A stretch of DNA of 64,000 nt from Kofleriaceae bacterium (lineage in GTDB: Bacteria; Myxococcota_A; Polyangia; Haliangiales; Haliangiaceae), in contig CBDAUU010000120.1 of assembly GCA_965199985.1 (NCBI GenBank), forward strand, positions 1,188-65,187. The letters run 5' to 3'. Below the pieces are notes generated by a model. That model was given only the letters and a program-made list of their open reading frames with translations. It had not been told where the DNA came from and searched no databases. Position numbers and translations under genes: made by a program. How positions within the stretch are numbered: the first letter of the stretch is position 1; each line of letters begins with the position of its first letter. Of the stretch, positions 18,467-28,606 are shown piece after piece.

Positions 18467-19917
18467 CAATGCCGGTCACTTAACGCGCCTTCTCGACGAG
18501 GATGTCGTGGGCCGCTTCCGTTCATAGTTGCTCATTTTTATCTTCACGACACGCGGATAACTGCGCGCACGCCGCTCCGGTAGAACGAAATGCGCGATGT
18601 CCTCGCGCAGGTGGACGAGGCGAGTTGGCCACTTGCCGGCGCCCTCGGTGCCCCACGTGCGCAATGCGGTTTCGATGAAGGTGAGCGCTGCGATAAAGCT
18701 GATCCTCGTCGGCGGGACCCCAGCCTCGGCGGCGACGTGCTCGCACTCGAACCGGACGAGGTTGTAGGCAAGCGCGAGCGCCCACAGCTCCTGCGCCACC
18801 CCATTGGGACTCTTGCTGCGGGTGGTTTCTTCCCGCCGGAGCATCACTCGCTTGACCTCATTGTAGCCAAGCTCGATCTCCCATCGCTCGTGATACAGCG
18901 CGACGATTTCTGCGGCGGGATAGCGCTTCGGATCGACGAGGGACGTGAGCAGAAGTTGCGGCTTGAAACCGCGGCGTCGGTAGCGAATGGCGCGCATCTG
19001 CCACGTCGGCGGCATCGACGGGTCTTTATGGCGAGCTTCTTTCGAGACGTTGAGCTCGATGAGCTCGTCGCCCGACGAGAAGCGCTTGATGCGCGTGCTC
19101 GCCATATCCGTTCGCGCGCGTGTCAGCCAGTGGCGCTCATTCCCACCGCGTTGGAGACCGATCAATACGCGCGCTGAAAGGAAGCCACGGTCGACGATCG
19201 TAAGTGCGTGGTCGGGGATCGTCGACCACAGCTCCTGAGCCAGCACGGTCTCTGAAATTCCGTACGGGCCGAACCGGGCTCCTGCGAGAATGTGCGAACG
19301 CAGCGCCATCACCGTAACCATCCGGGCAAGCGGATACCCGCTCGTGCTGTCCCATCGTGCCGTCTGGCCCCCGAAGTGGTCGCGGTTCTCGGTCGAGTCC
19401 GGGATCCGCACAGTCGTGCCGTCGGCGCCGTACAGCGCAAGCCCTCGCCATGCATGGGTCCGTGCGCTTGCGTGGGCCCACGCCTCGGCCGTTCGCTCGA
19501 ACAGCCAACGCAGCGGTTCGTCGCCGAGCCTCGCTCTCGCCTGGACGATCGAGCTCGGTGCCACCCGGATTCCCCGGCTTCCTGGCAGCGCCAGATTTAG
19601 CGTCGCGACAAGCTCACGCATCGACACGTCGCGCATCAAGCACATGCCGATCACCAACCAGATCACCTGGTCCGCAGGCAATCGTCGTCGACGAATCGTC
19701 GCTGTCCCCGTCGCAGCGAGCGCTTCCTCGATCCAATCCGGGTCGAGGCTGGCAACGAACTTCGGAAGCAGCTCGCCGCTCTGCGGAGCGAGAACGCGAT
19801 CGGGGCCACGCACCATCTGCGCATCCTGATCGCGCGTGCGAACCGAAACAAGACCTCCGGACAACAGCCGGAATTCCGGAGCAACGTCAGACGCTTGGCG
19901 TTAACCGATCGGCATTG
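18467..19917 (-). mobile_element. IS4-family insertion sequence, 1451 bp, apparently intact
   Basis: Imperfect terminal IRs: CAATGCCGGTCACTTAACGC (left) versus CAATGCCGATCGGTTAACGC (right, reverse complement). Flanked by a 10-bp direct repeat. Single transposase ORF. Visibly lower GC than the flanks. Confidence 0.85.
18476..19864 (-). CDS. IS4-family DDE transposase
   Basis: N-terminal IS4-type domain ('DWIEEALAATGTATIRRRRLPADQVIWLVIGMCL'), 'LYGADGTTVRIPDS', 'TIVDRGFLS' and 'YHERWEIELGYNEVK' (Y-R-E signature of IS4 transposases). Confidence 0.9.
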   Translation of the reverse strand: MSGGLVSVRTRDQDAQMVRGPDRVLAPQSGELLPKFVASLDPDWIEEALAATGTATIRRRRLPADQVIWLVIGMCLMRDVSMRELVATLNLALPGSRGIRVAPSSIVQARARLGDEPLRWLFERTAEAWAHASARTHAWRGLALYGADGTTVRIPDSTENRDHFGGQTARWDSTSGYPLARMVTVMALRSHILAGARFGPYGISETVLAQELWSTIPDHALTIVDRGFLSARVLIGLQRGGNERHWLTRARTDMASTRIKRFSSGDELIELNVSKEARHKDPSMPPTWQMRAIRYRRRGFKPQLLLTSLVDPKRYPAAEIVALYHERWEIELGYNEVKRVMLRREETTRSKSPNGVAQELWALALAYNLVRFECEHVAAEAGVPPTRISFIAALTFIETALRTWGTEGAGKWPTRLVHLREDIAHFVLPERRARSYPRVVKIKMSNYERKRPTTSSSRRRVK

Positions 19918-19927
19918 GCGCTAGACC
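19918..19927. repeat. Right target-site duplication of the IS (GCGCTAGACC)
   Basis: See the left copy. It contains the stop codon (CTA on the + strand) of the convergent MerR-like gene. Confidence 0.8.
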
Positions 19928-20847
19928 GCGATCTGATCGAGGTAGCCACGCGCGTGGCCCGCCCAATCGGATCCGGTATCGAGCTCGAGGTAGCGCTCGA
20001 GGTGCTGCTTGGCCTGCGACGTCCCGCCGACCTGGACGAGCATGATGCCGAGGTTGTAGTGCGCATCCGCGAAATCGGGACACGCCGCGCACACCCGGCG
20101 GAGCTCCGCGATCGCGAGCTCGGTCTCGCCGAGGTCCTCGTAGACGTTTGCGAGGTTGTAGCGCGCCTCGGCCTGCATCGGATCGTGCTCGAGGGCGCGC
20201 TCGTAATAGCGGCGCGCCTCTTCGAGCTCGCCCTGGCGATAGACGAGGTTACCGAGGTTCGTGAGCGCGGCCGCCATGTTCGGCTCGAGGTCGACCGCCT
20301 GCCGGAACAGGTGCTCGGCGGTCTCGGAATCCCCGCGATCTTCGGCGGCGCATGCCTCGACGAAGTGGCGATACGCGGTCGTGCCGCCGTTTGCCTCGGT
20401 CGGCGAATCGGTGACTTCCTCGACCGGGGCTGCCGAGCTGGGATCCACGCGGGGCATCGACAGCACATCGGCGACGTGCTCGCCGAACGACGCGAGCGAG
20501 AACGCCATCATGATCTGGCCGCCGACCGGCTCGAACGCGATGTCATCGGCGAGCGCGACGATCGTCGTGCCGTCCGAGCACAACCGCAGCTTCGAGGCCG
20601 GGTTGGTCTCCTGCGGGAGCACCTTCTTCAAGCCCTCGACCGCCTTGCGCGCCTGCTGGAGCGAGACGTCCGCGGCGAGCAGGTCCTTCGCCGATTTCAC
20701 CGCGACGAGATCGGTGAACGTGTAATAGAACCGCCCGCCTTTGCGCACGGTCGGCCCGACGAAGCCGGTCTGCATCCAGTAGCGCAAGCGCGACTCTTGA
20801 ACGGCGAGAATGCGGGCGACATCGCGAATGCTGTACAGCTCGATCAT
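19921..20847 (-). CDS. MerR-family HTH regulator fused to C-terminal TPR repeats
   Basis: 'MIELYSIRDVARILAVQESRLRYWMQTGFV' (MerR HTH). TPR 'AALTNLGNLVYRQGELEEARRYYERALEHDP...'. ATG 20847 is preceded by GAGGAAAG. Confidence 0.7.
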   Translation of the reverse strand: MIELYSIRDVARILAVQESRLRYWMQTGFVGPTVRKGGRFYYTFTDLVAVKSAKDLLAADVSLQQARKAVEGLKKVLPQETNPASKLRLCSDGTTIVALADDIAFEPVGGQIMMAFSLASFGEHVADVLSMPRVDPSSAAPVEEVTDSPTEANGGTTAYRHFVEACAAEDRGDSETAEHLFRQAVDLEPNMAAALTNLGNLVYRQGELEEARRYYERALEHDPMQAEARYNLANVYEDLGETELAIAELRRVCAACPDFADAHYNLGIMLVQVGGTSQAKQHLERYLELDTGSDWAGHARGYLDQIAV

Positions 20848-21311
20848 AGGGCTTTCCTCGCTTGGGCACGGGCTTCGACGTTGAGGCTGAGGTGCAGCTC
20901 GGCACCGCGGGCACTGGATTCGATATCGACGGTGGACGACGCCAGGTTGCAACCGGCGGCGCGGCGGGCTTCGGCGAGCGCGACGCGGCGCGCGTGGGCG
21001 CGGCAGCGTTCGTCGGAGGCGTAGAGGAGCGCGACGCGCTGCGCGGTGGCGGCATCCGGCGGATCGCTGATCGAGTGCCGGGTCTTGCCCAGATCGACCG
21101 TCATCATCGTCGAGCCCGCGTAGGTCTCACCGTCCAGCGAGCCCTCGTGAAGGACGCGGGCAGCGAGGTGCAGGAGGTCGACGGCCATCGGCGCGAGGCG
21201 GATCGTGACCTGGCGCTCGAACAGCGACACCCGCCGCGCCATCGCCATGGGCTTGCGGAGGGGTTTCGGAGTCTTCGTCGGGACGCGGCGAACACGTCGA
21301 GCAGTGGCCAT
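20844..21311 (-). CDS. Hypothetical protein, translationally coupled (ATGA) to the MerR-TPR gene
   Basis: 155-aa ORF with no recognisable motif. Supported only by operon position and overlap. Confidence 0.4.
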   Translation of the reverse strand: MATARRVRRVPTKTPKPLRKPMAMARRVSLFERQVTIRLAPMAVDLLHLAARVLHEGSLDGETYAGSTMMTVDLGKTRHSISDPPDAATAQRVALLYASDERCRAHARRVALAEARRAAGCNLASSTVDIESSARGAELHLSLNVEARAQARKAL

Positions 21312-21407
21312 TTAATAAATGCTAGAGGACGCCGGTTTCGGCCGCCAATTTCCTACCCGTGCAGCCCCCGTGAACCCCGAATTCGCCTCCAAAACGTGGT
21401 ACCTCAA

Positions 21408-22970
21408 ATGGAGTTCATGACGTTGGACGTCAAGCGGTACCCGATCCTGATCGTCGACGACGAACAGGACAACCTCGATGCCTTCCGGTTCAACTTCCGG
21501 AAGACGTTCGACATCCTCACGGCCACCAGCGGGCCCGAGGCGCTCGCGATCCTCGCCGAGAAAGATGTTGCGGTGATCGTGACCGATCAGCGCATGCCGA
21601 AGATGACCGGCGTGGAGCTGCTCCGGGAAGTCCGGGCCAAGACGCCCGAGACCGTCGGCATCATCCTGACTGCGTTTACCGATGTCGACGTCCTGATCGA
21701 GGCGATCAACCTCGGCCAGGTCTATCGCTACATCACGAAGCCCTGGGATGCCAAGGAGGTCCGCGGCGTCCTCCAGTACGCGCTCGAGCGCTATCACCTG
21801 CAGGCCGAGAACAAGCGGCTCGCGGCGCAGCTCTCCGAGTACACCGGCTACCTCAACCAGCAGCTCCACGGCGAGTTCGATTTCGGCAACATCATCGGCG
21901 AGAGCGCAGCACTCAACGAGGTGCTGACCAAGATCGAGCAGGTGGCGCCCACGTCGTCGACGGTGCTGCTCCGCGGCGAGACCGGCACCGGCAAGGAGCT
22001 CGTCGCTCACGCGATCCACATCAACTCGCCCCGCGAAGAGAAACCGTTCGTGCGCGTCAACTGCGCGGCGCTCGCACCGGGCATCCTCGAGAGCGAGCTG
22101 TTCGGGCACGAGAAGGGCAGCTTCACCGGCGCGATGGAGCGGCGGCGCGGCCGCTTCGAGCTCGCGGATGGCGGCACGCTGTTCCTCGACGAGGTCGGCG
22201 ACCTGCCGATGGAGGTCCAGATCAAGTTGCTCCGCACGCTGCAGGAGCGCGAGCTCGAGCGCGTGGGCGGCAACGAGACGATCAAGGTCGATGTCCGCGT
22301 GGTCTCCGCCACGAACCGCAACCTCGAGAAGATGATCGAGGAAGGCGAGTTCCGCGAGGATCTCTACTACCGGCTGAACGTCTTCCCGATCAACCTGCCG
22401 CCGCTGCGCGATCGCCTCGACGATCTGCCGGTGCTCGCGAACCACTTCGCGGCGAAGTTCGCCCGCCAGATGGGCACGCCACCGCAGGGCCTCGCGCCCG
22501 ATGGCATGGCGAAGCTGCGCGAGTACAACTGGCCGGGCAACGTCCGCGAGCTCGAGAACATCATCGAGCGCGCGATGATCCTCGCGCGGGGGGCGCCACT
22601 GGCCGCCACCCACCTCGATTTCGGCCGGCGCGCCGCAACGCACAGCAACACCACGTCCGGCGCGGTCCCGATCGTCGTGCCGGCGAGCTCGTCGGCGCCG
22701 GTCGCGCAGGCGCAGGCGGAAGATGGCAAGAGCCTCGCAGAGCGCCTGCTCGAGAGCGAGCGCAAGGAGATCGTCGCCGCGGTCGAGAAATCGCGCGGCA
22801 ATATCGCGAGCGCCGCGCGCACCCTCGGCATCAATCGCTCCACGCTCTACTACCGGCTGCGCAAGCACGGCCTCGAGCACCTGCTCCCCACGAAGGTGCA
22901 GGTCGGCGGTGACGAGCCGGCCGCGGATTCGGGGCCCGTGCCGGCGGTTCCTCCGCCCGTGGCGCAGTGA
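21408..22970 (+). CDS. Sigma-54-dependent response regulator (REC + AAA+ + Fis-type HTH; NtrC family)
   Basis: '[14 protein letters not shown]...[10 protein letters not shown]', Walker A 'GETGTGKE', 'GSFTGA' (GAFTGA variant), 'LFLDEVGDL' and '[25 protein letters not shown]'. An alternative start exists at ATG 21417. Confidence 0.9.
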   Translation: MEFMTLDVKRYPILIVDDEQDNLDAFRFNFRKTFDILTATSGPEALAILAEKDVAVIVTDQRMPKMTGVELLREVRAKTPETVGIILTAFTDVDVLIEAINLGQVYRYITKPWDAKEVRGVLQYALERYHLQAENKRLAAQLSEYTGYLNQQLHGEFDFGNIIGESAALNEVLTKIEQVAPTSSTVLLRGETGTGKELVAHAIHINSPREEKPFVRVNCAALAPGILESELFGHEKGSFTGAMERRRGRFELADGGTLFLDEVGDLPMEVQIKLLRTLQERELERVGGNETIKVDVRVVSATNRNLEKMIEEGEFREDLYYRLNVFPINLPPLRDRLDDLPVLANHFAAKFARQMGTPPQGLAPDGMAKLREYNWPGNVRELENIIERAMILARGAPLAATHLDFGRRAATHSNTTSGAVPIVVPASSSAPVAQAQAEDGKSLAERLLESERKEIVAAVEKSRGNIASAARTLGINRSTLYYRLRKHGLEHLLPTKVQVGGDEPAADSGPVPAVPPPVAQ

Positions 22971-24058
22971 AATCGTTCGTCGCTGCGCCGCCGGATCTCG
23001 GCACCAAGGCGGTCGCCCCGTTTCGCACCGGCGATGACGAGCAGACGCTCGACGCGCTCGCGGCCGCGAAGCCACCGTTCGGCGCCGAGGTCTCGGCCGA
23101 GCTCCTCGCGCTCGCGTACGCGGCGCCTTGGAGCCTGGCGAATCCGCGCGGCGGTGATCTGCGCAAGCAGGCGAAGAAGCTCGTCGACAAGCACGTCGCG
23201 GGCGCGAGCGCGTTCGCGGCCGCGTTCAAGGGCCTCCGCAAGCACGACAATCACTTCGATCCACGGATCCGCGAGCTCGAGCATCCGCTGCGCCTCGCGG
23301 TCGCAAAGGCGATCGCCTTCCACGCGTGGGCCGGGCTCGCGGTGCCGTTCGAGGAGGACGCGGCGTTTCGCAGCGAGATCCTCGCGCACGCGATCGCGGG
23401 CGCGAAGCGCGACAAGAAGACCGAGCTCTCGTTCGGCGAGATCTATACCGAGTGGCACGGCTCGCATGGTTCGGCGACCTCGATGCCGCTCCGGACCCTG
23501 CCGACCGCGCTCGCCAAGGAGCTGACCGCGCGGCGCTCGGCGTACAAGTTCACGGGGCTCAGCTTCTGGGGCTGCAACCTGACCGATCTGCCGACCTCCT
23601 TTGCGAAGGCCAAGCCGTGGCTGACCGAGCTCCAGCTCGGGTTCAATCCCTTCGCGAAGGTTCCGAAAGTCCTGTTCGAGCTGACCAACCTCGAAGAGCT
23701 GGGGCTTCTCGGGACCGAGCTCGTGGACATCCCGGACGACATCCTGAAGTTGACGAAGCTCCGGCGGCTCGACCTCGGCAACGGCAAGAAGATGCAGCGC
23801 ATTCCCGATAGCGTGTGCGCGCACGATCAGATTCGCGTGCTCAGGATCGGCAATGGTTCGATCAAGCTCGTGCCCGCCGCGATCGCCGGCATGAAGTCTC
23901 TCGAGGTGCTCGAGCTCCAATCGGCCAGCAAGATCTCGAAGCTTCCCGACGAGATCGCGACGCTGCCGAACCTGAAGCTCGTCAAGGCCAAGTGGTCGCG
24001 CTTGAACCCGGCCACGACGCGGGCGCTGCTCCCAAAGCGCGTGAAGCTCGAGCTGTAG
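22967..24058 (+). CDS. Leucine-rich repeat protein
   Basis: GTG start overlaps the regulator stop (GTGA). C-terminal LRRs 'LTELQLGFNPFAKVPKVLFELTNLEELGLLGTELVDIPDDILKLTKLRRLDLGNG...'. Confidence 0.7.
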   Translation: MKSFVAAPPDLGTKAVAPFRTGDDEQTLDALAAAKPPFGAEVSAELLALAYAAPWSLANPRGGDLRKQAKKLVDKHVAGASAFAAAFKGLRKHDNHFDPRIRELEHPLRLAVAKAIAFHAWAGLAVPFEEDAAFRSEILAHAIAGAKRDKKTELSFGEIYTEWHGSHGSATSMPLRTLPTALAKELTARRSAYKFTGLSFWGCNLTDLPTSFAKAKPWLTELQLGFNPFAKVPKVLFELTNLEELGLLGTELVDIPDDILKLTKLRRLDLGNGKKMQRIPDSVCAHDQIRVLRIGNGSIKLVPAAIAGMKSLEVLELQSASKISKLPDEIATLPNLKLVKAKWSRLNPATTRALLPKRVKLEL

Positions 24059-24088
24059 ACCCGCGACCGGCTGGGGTAGGTTGCGCAC

Positions 24089-25537
24089 GTGCGCTACCTC
24101 CATCCGGCCCATGACGAAGAGCTCGAGCTCTCGACCGACGACGTCTTCATCAACCCGGGCTACTTCGCCGGAGAATCGCGGCTCGATACCGACCTGTCGC
24201 CGCCGGACTTCGCGGGCGGCTCGCATCCGATCGTCTCGGCGAACATGAACGCGGTCACCGGCAAGCGGATGGCCGAGACCATGGCGCGGTTCGGCGGCCT
24301 GGGCGTCTTGCCGCAGGACATGGAGCTCGCGACCGTCGAGCGAATCGTCACGCACATCCACGCGGCCGATGCGCGCTACGACACGCCGCTCGAGGTCTCG
24401 CCGCGCGCGACGCTGCGCGATGTCCAGGGCATCATCCGCAAGCGCGCGCACGATCTCGTCGTCGTCGTCGACGATCAGCGCCGGCCGCTCGGCATCATCA
24501 CGCACTCCGATCTGCGCGATCGCGATCAGTACACGCTGGCCTCGGCGCTGATGACGCCGCGCCTGATCTCGTTCCCGGTCGGCGTCGCCAACCGCGAAGC
24601 CTTTCTCCAGATGGATAACGCGCGCGTCAAGGCGGCGCCGGTGCTCGACGACGAGGGCCGGCTGGTCGGCGTGATCACCCGCAACGATGCGGTGCGGCTC
24701 GAGCTCCTGCGGCCCGCGCTCGACGCGGAGGGGGACCTGATGGTCGCGGCCGCGGTCGGCATCTCGACCCAGGCGCCCACGATCGCGGCGCAGCTCGTCG
24801 ACATCGGAGTCTCCGCGATCGTCCTCGATACGGCGCATGGCCATCAGCGCCGCATGCTCGAGGCGATCGCCGGGGTCAAGGCCGTGGTCCGCGGGCGCGT
24901 GCCGGTGATCGCGGGTAACGTCTGCACCGCCGCCGGGACCAAGGCGCTACTCGATGCCGGCGCCGATGTCGTCAAGGTCAACGTCGGACCGGGCGCGATG
25001 TGCACGACGCGCATGCAGACCGGCGTCGGCCGGCCGACGTTCACCTCGGTCCTGACCTGCGCGCGGGAAGCGCGAGCGCGCGGCAAGCACGTGTGGGCCG
25101 ACGGTGGCGTGAAGCACCCGCGCGACATCGCGCTCTACCTCGCAGCTGGGGCGGCGCGCGTGATGATCGGGACCGCGCTCGCGGGTACCTACGAGAGCCC
25201 CGGCGATGTCAACGAGGACAAGGATGGCCTCCTGTTCAAGGAGAACTACGGCATGGCGAGCGGCCGTGCCGTCAGCGATCGCCACGGTGATCAGGATGCG
25301 TTCGAGCGCGCGAAGAAGGGCTTCTTTCGCGAAGGCATCTCGAGCTCGCGGATCTACATCCGCGAAGGCCAGGAGAGCGTCGGCGCACTGCTCGTCGAGA
25401 TGATCACCGGCGTGCAATCCGCGTTCACCTACGTCGGCGCCCGGACCCTCGCGGAGTTTCACGAGCGGGCCGAGGTCGGCGTCCAGACCTCCGCCGGCTA
25501 CAGCGAGGGCACGCCCCACGGCGCGATCCGGCGCTGA
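24089..25537 (+). CDS. IMP dehydrogenase-family protein (GuaB1-like, with CBS pair)
   Basis: 'SANMNAVTGKRMAETMARFGGLGVLPQD', 'DTAHGHQ', catalytic-loop-like 'VGPGAMCTTR' and 'ADGGVKHPRD'. Confidence 0.8.
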   Translation: MRYLHPAHDEELELSTDDVFINPGYFAGESRLDTDLSPPDFAGGSHPIVSANMNAVTGKRMAETMARFGGLGVLPQDMELATVERIVTHIHAADARYDTPLEVSPRATLRDVQGIIRKRAHDLVVVVDDQRRPLGIITHSDLRDRDQYTLASALMTPRLISFPVGVANREAFLQMDNARVKAAPVLDDEGRLVGVITRNDAVRLELLRPALDAEGDLMVAAAVGISTQAPTIAAQLVDIGVSAIVLDTAHGHQRRMLEAIAGVKAVVRGRVPVIAGNVCTAAGTKALLDAGADVVKVNVGPGAMCTTRMQTGVGRPTFTSVLTCAREARARGKHVWADGGVKHPRDIALYLAAGAARVMIGTALAGTYESPGDVNEDKDGLLFKENYGMASGRAVSDRHGDQDAFERAKKGFFREGISSSRIYIREGQESVGALLVEMITGVQSAFTYVGARTLAEFHERAEVGVQTSAGYSEGTPHGAIRR

Positions 25538-25577
25538 GCGGCGCGCCGGTCCCGGGCAGCTGCGCTAGAGTGGCGAC

Positions 25578-26517
<940 letters not shown>

Positions 26518-26537
<20 letters not shown>

Positions 26538-28572
26538 TCGAATCTCCAAGATCGACGCACGCATCGGCCTGGCCATCGCCATCGAGATCGCCGAGCCACA
26601 GCGCGCTCACGTCGCCGGCAGGCAACACGGCAACGGTGGTGCGCGGGCCGAAGCCGTGGCCGTTGCTGCGCGCGCACCGGATCTCGCCCGCGATCGGCGC
26701 GCACAGATCGCCATCGCCATCGCCATCGATATCGGCGATGTCGGTGAGCGCCGGGTTGCCATCGAAGGTCTCGACGACGTTGTTCAGCGCGAAGCCCCAC
26801 GGGATGCCATCGGTGGTGAGGCCGGTCTCGGCGGCGAGGCCACACGCGGGCCCCGCATCGGTGAGCGCGCACCAATCGGCGCGGTGATCGCCATCGAGAT
26901 CGCGCGGCAACACGTTCGCGCCTGCCGCGGGCCAGGTCGAGCGCAGCTCGCTGCTCGTCGCGGTCGTGCACACCACGCCGAGCGCGTTGACCCCGCAGAT
27001 GTCGCTCGTGCCATCGCCATCCGCATCTTCGATGGCGAGCGAGCAGGAGGTCTCGGCGCGCGCATCGCCATCGCCAAAGCTCGTGCCGAAGCGCGTCGCA
27101 GCGTAGTGGTTCGAGGACAGCGCGCACAGCACGCCCGCGTGATCGCGCCCGCACGCATCTGGAGCGCCATCGCGGTCGAGATCGCCGATCGTGAGGCTCA
27201 CCGGATCGATCGCGAGCGGCGCCGCAGGATCATCGATCCGCTTCGCCGCGATGAACGTGCCATCGCCCTGACCTGGCGCGCACACGAGGCCCGCGGCGGT
27301 GACCGCGCACAGATCGGCGAGCCCATCGCCATCGAGGTCGCCGAGGCGCACGGCGCGCCCGGTCGCAGCGAGCACGCTGTGGGGCGTGGTGACGAAGCGG
27401 GGCGACCACTGCCAGCGCGCCGCATCGGGCCCGCCGCAGGTCGCGGTGCCCTCGGGCGTCACGCAGCGCAGGTGCGCGTAATCGAGCAGCGGGCCGAAAT
27501 CCGGCGCGACACCGGACCACAGGTGATCTTCGTCGTCGAAGAAGAACCGCTGCGCCGGATCCGCCTTGCAGGCCGCGAGGCGCACTGCGCCGCTCGAATC
27601 GACGGCGAGGCAGCCCTCGTCGGTCACGAGGTGGCCGCGCTCGAGCGAGAGCTCGGGTGCAGTGGCGCAATCGCCGAGGCCGCTGCCGGTCAAGCACTGG
27701 TCGCCCGAGCGGAGCTGGCCGTGGGCCCGGCGGCGAAAGCCAACGGCGTAGCGCCGTCCGAGCCAGGTCTCGTGCGCCCGGTCGATCGTCGTGCACGGCT
27801 GCCCGCACGCGGCGCCGCAATCGGTCGCGCATGCTTCGTAGTGCGCGAGGACCTCGTGCGCCGCCGCATAGATCGGACCGAGCTTGTTCTGGGGCTCGCT
27901 CTCCATGTTGTAGCCGCGATACGCGAGCAGCTCGGGATCGAGATCCGTGCGCGCGAGTGCGAGCGCGGTGAGCGCGCCGACGATCATGTGATCCGAGTGG
28001 TCGTAGCCATGACTCGCCGCGAGATCGAGCGTGCGAATACTCGCGGGCTCGACCGCGCGCACGATCGCGGCCACGGTATCGATCAGCTCGTCGCGCGTGT
28101 ACACCGTCGGACGTTCGGCGATCGTGGTGGCGCTCGGAATCGAGCCCTCCCACAGGCGCAGCAGGCTGTGGTGGAGCTCGCCGTACTTGCCGCCATCGGG
28201 ATACGCGATGAACACGAGCGAGACGTTCTTCGCCTCGAGGCGGCAGTGCTGCATCGGATGCGCGTCGATCGTGATCCAGCCGCATTGCCAATCGTGCTCG
28301 TTCGCGGCATCGCCATACGCGGACTTCAGGCCGTCGTAGCGCGGGTTCGCGGCGTTCGTGCCCTTCTTGCCATTGCCTGCGGTGATGTAGACGTTCGTGA
28401 CGCCGGTGCCATTGCGCACCGCTTCGATCACGTCGGGTTGCATGAACAGGAGGTCGTCGTCCTGGTGCGCGACGATGACGAGGTCGCGCGTGTGCGCGAG
28501 CGGCACGTCGCCACCGGCGAGGTTATCGCCGCACCCCACGAGCGCGATCACAGCGACAACGAGCCGCAACAC
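26518..28572 (-). CDS. Lipoprotein: PIG-L/LmbE-family deacetylase domain + Cys-rich middle region + FG-GAP/VCBS repeats
   Basis: Lipobox 'IALVGCG'. 'LVIVAHQDDDLLFM' and 'HSDHMIVG' (PIG-L motifs). C-terminal repeated 'GDLDGDGxxDxC' units. Confidence 0.7.
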
Positions 28573-28606
28573 GGCCGCACTTTACTCGCGATCCATGCCG
28601 CGGGTG

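Noticed and set aside
16328-18469. Very long antisense or alternative-frame ORFs, for example 16328..18469(-) 713 aa, 22850..24844(-) 664 aa, 26485..28620(+) 711 aa, 37538..39604(-) 688 aa, 21312..23075(-) 587 aa and 60477..63098(+) upstream extension.
   Set aside because: Their translations are Arg/Asp/Glu/Gly/His-rich low-complexity strings with no motifs. They lie opposite, or out of frame to, genes with clear family signatures. Such shadow ORFs are expected in high-GC DNA because stop codons are rare.
21309-21420. AT-rich 13-bp palindrome CATTTAATAAATG containing divergent ATGs, and a 33-codon uORF (ATG 21319 to TGA 21418-21420) whose stop overlaps the second ATG (21417) of the NtrC-like gene.
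   Set aside because: There is no Shine-Dalgarno sequence, the peptide has no recognisable features, and the region is more simply a divergent promoter. Chance ORFs of this size are common. It would be worth a look only if ribosome profiling were available.
26580-27060. Microsatellite-like GCCATCGCCATCGCC / GATCGCCATC repeats.
   Set aside because: They are the antisense of codons for repeated GDGDGD/DLDGDG FG-GAP-type calcium-binding loops within the 26518..28572 CDS. This is protein-level repetition, not a non-coding repeat.
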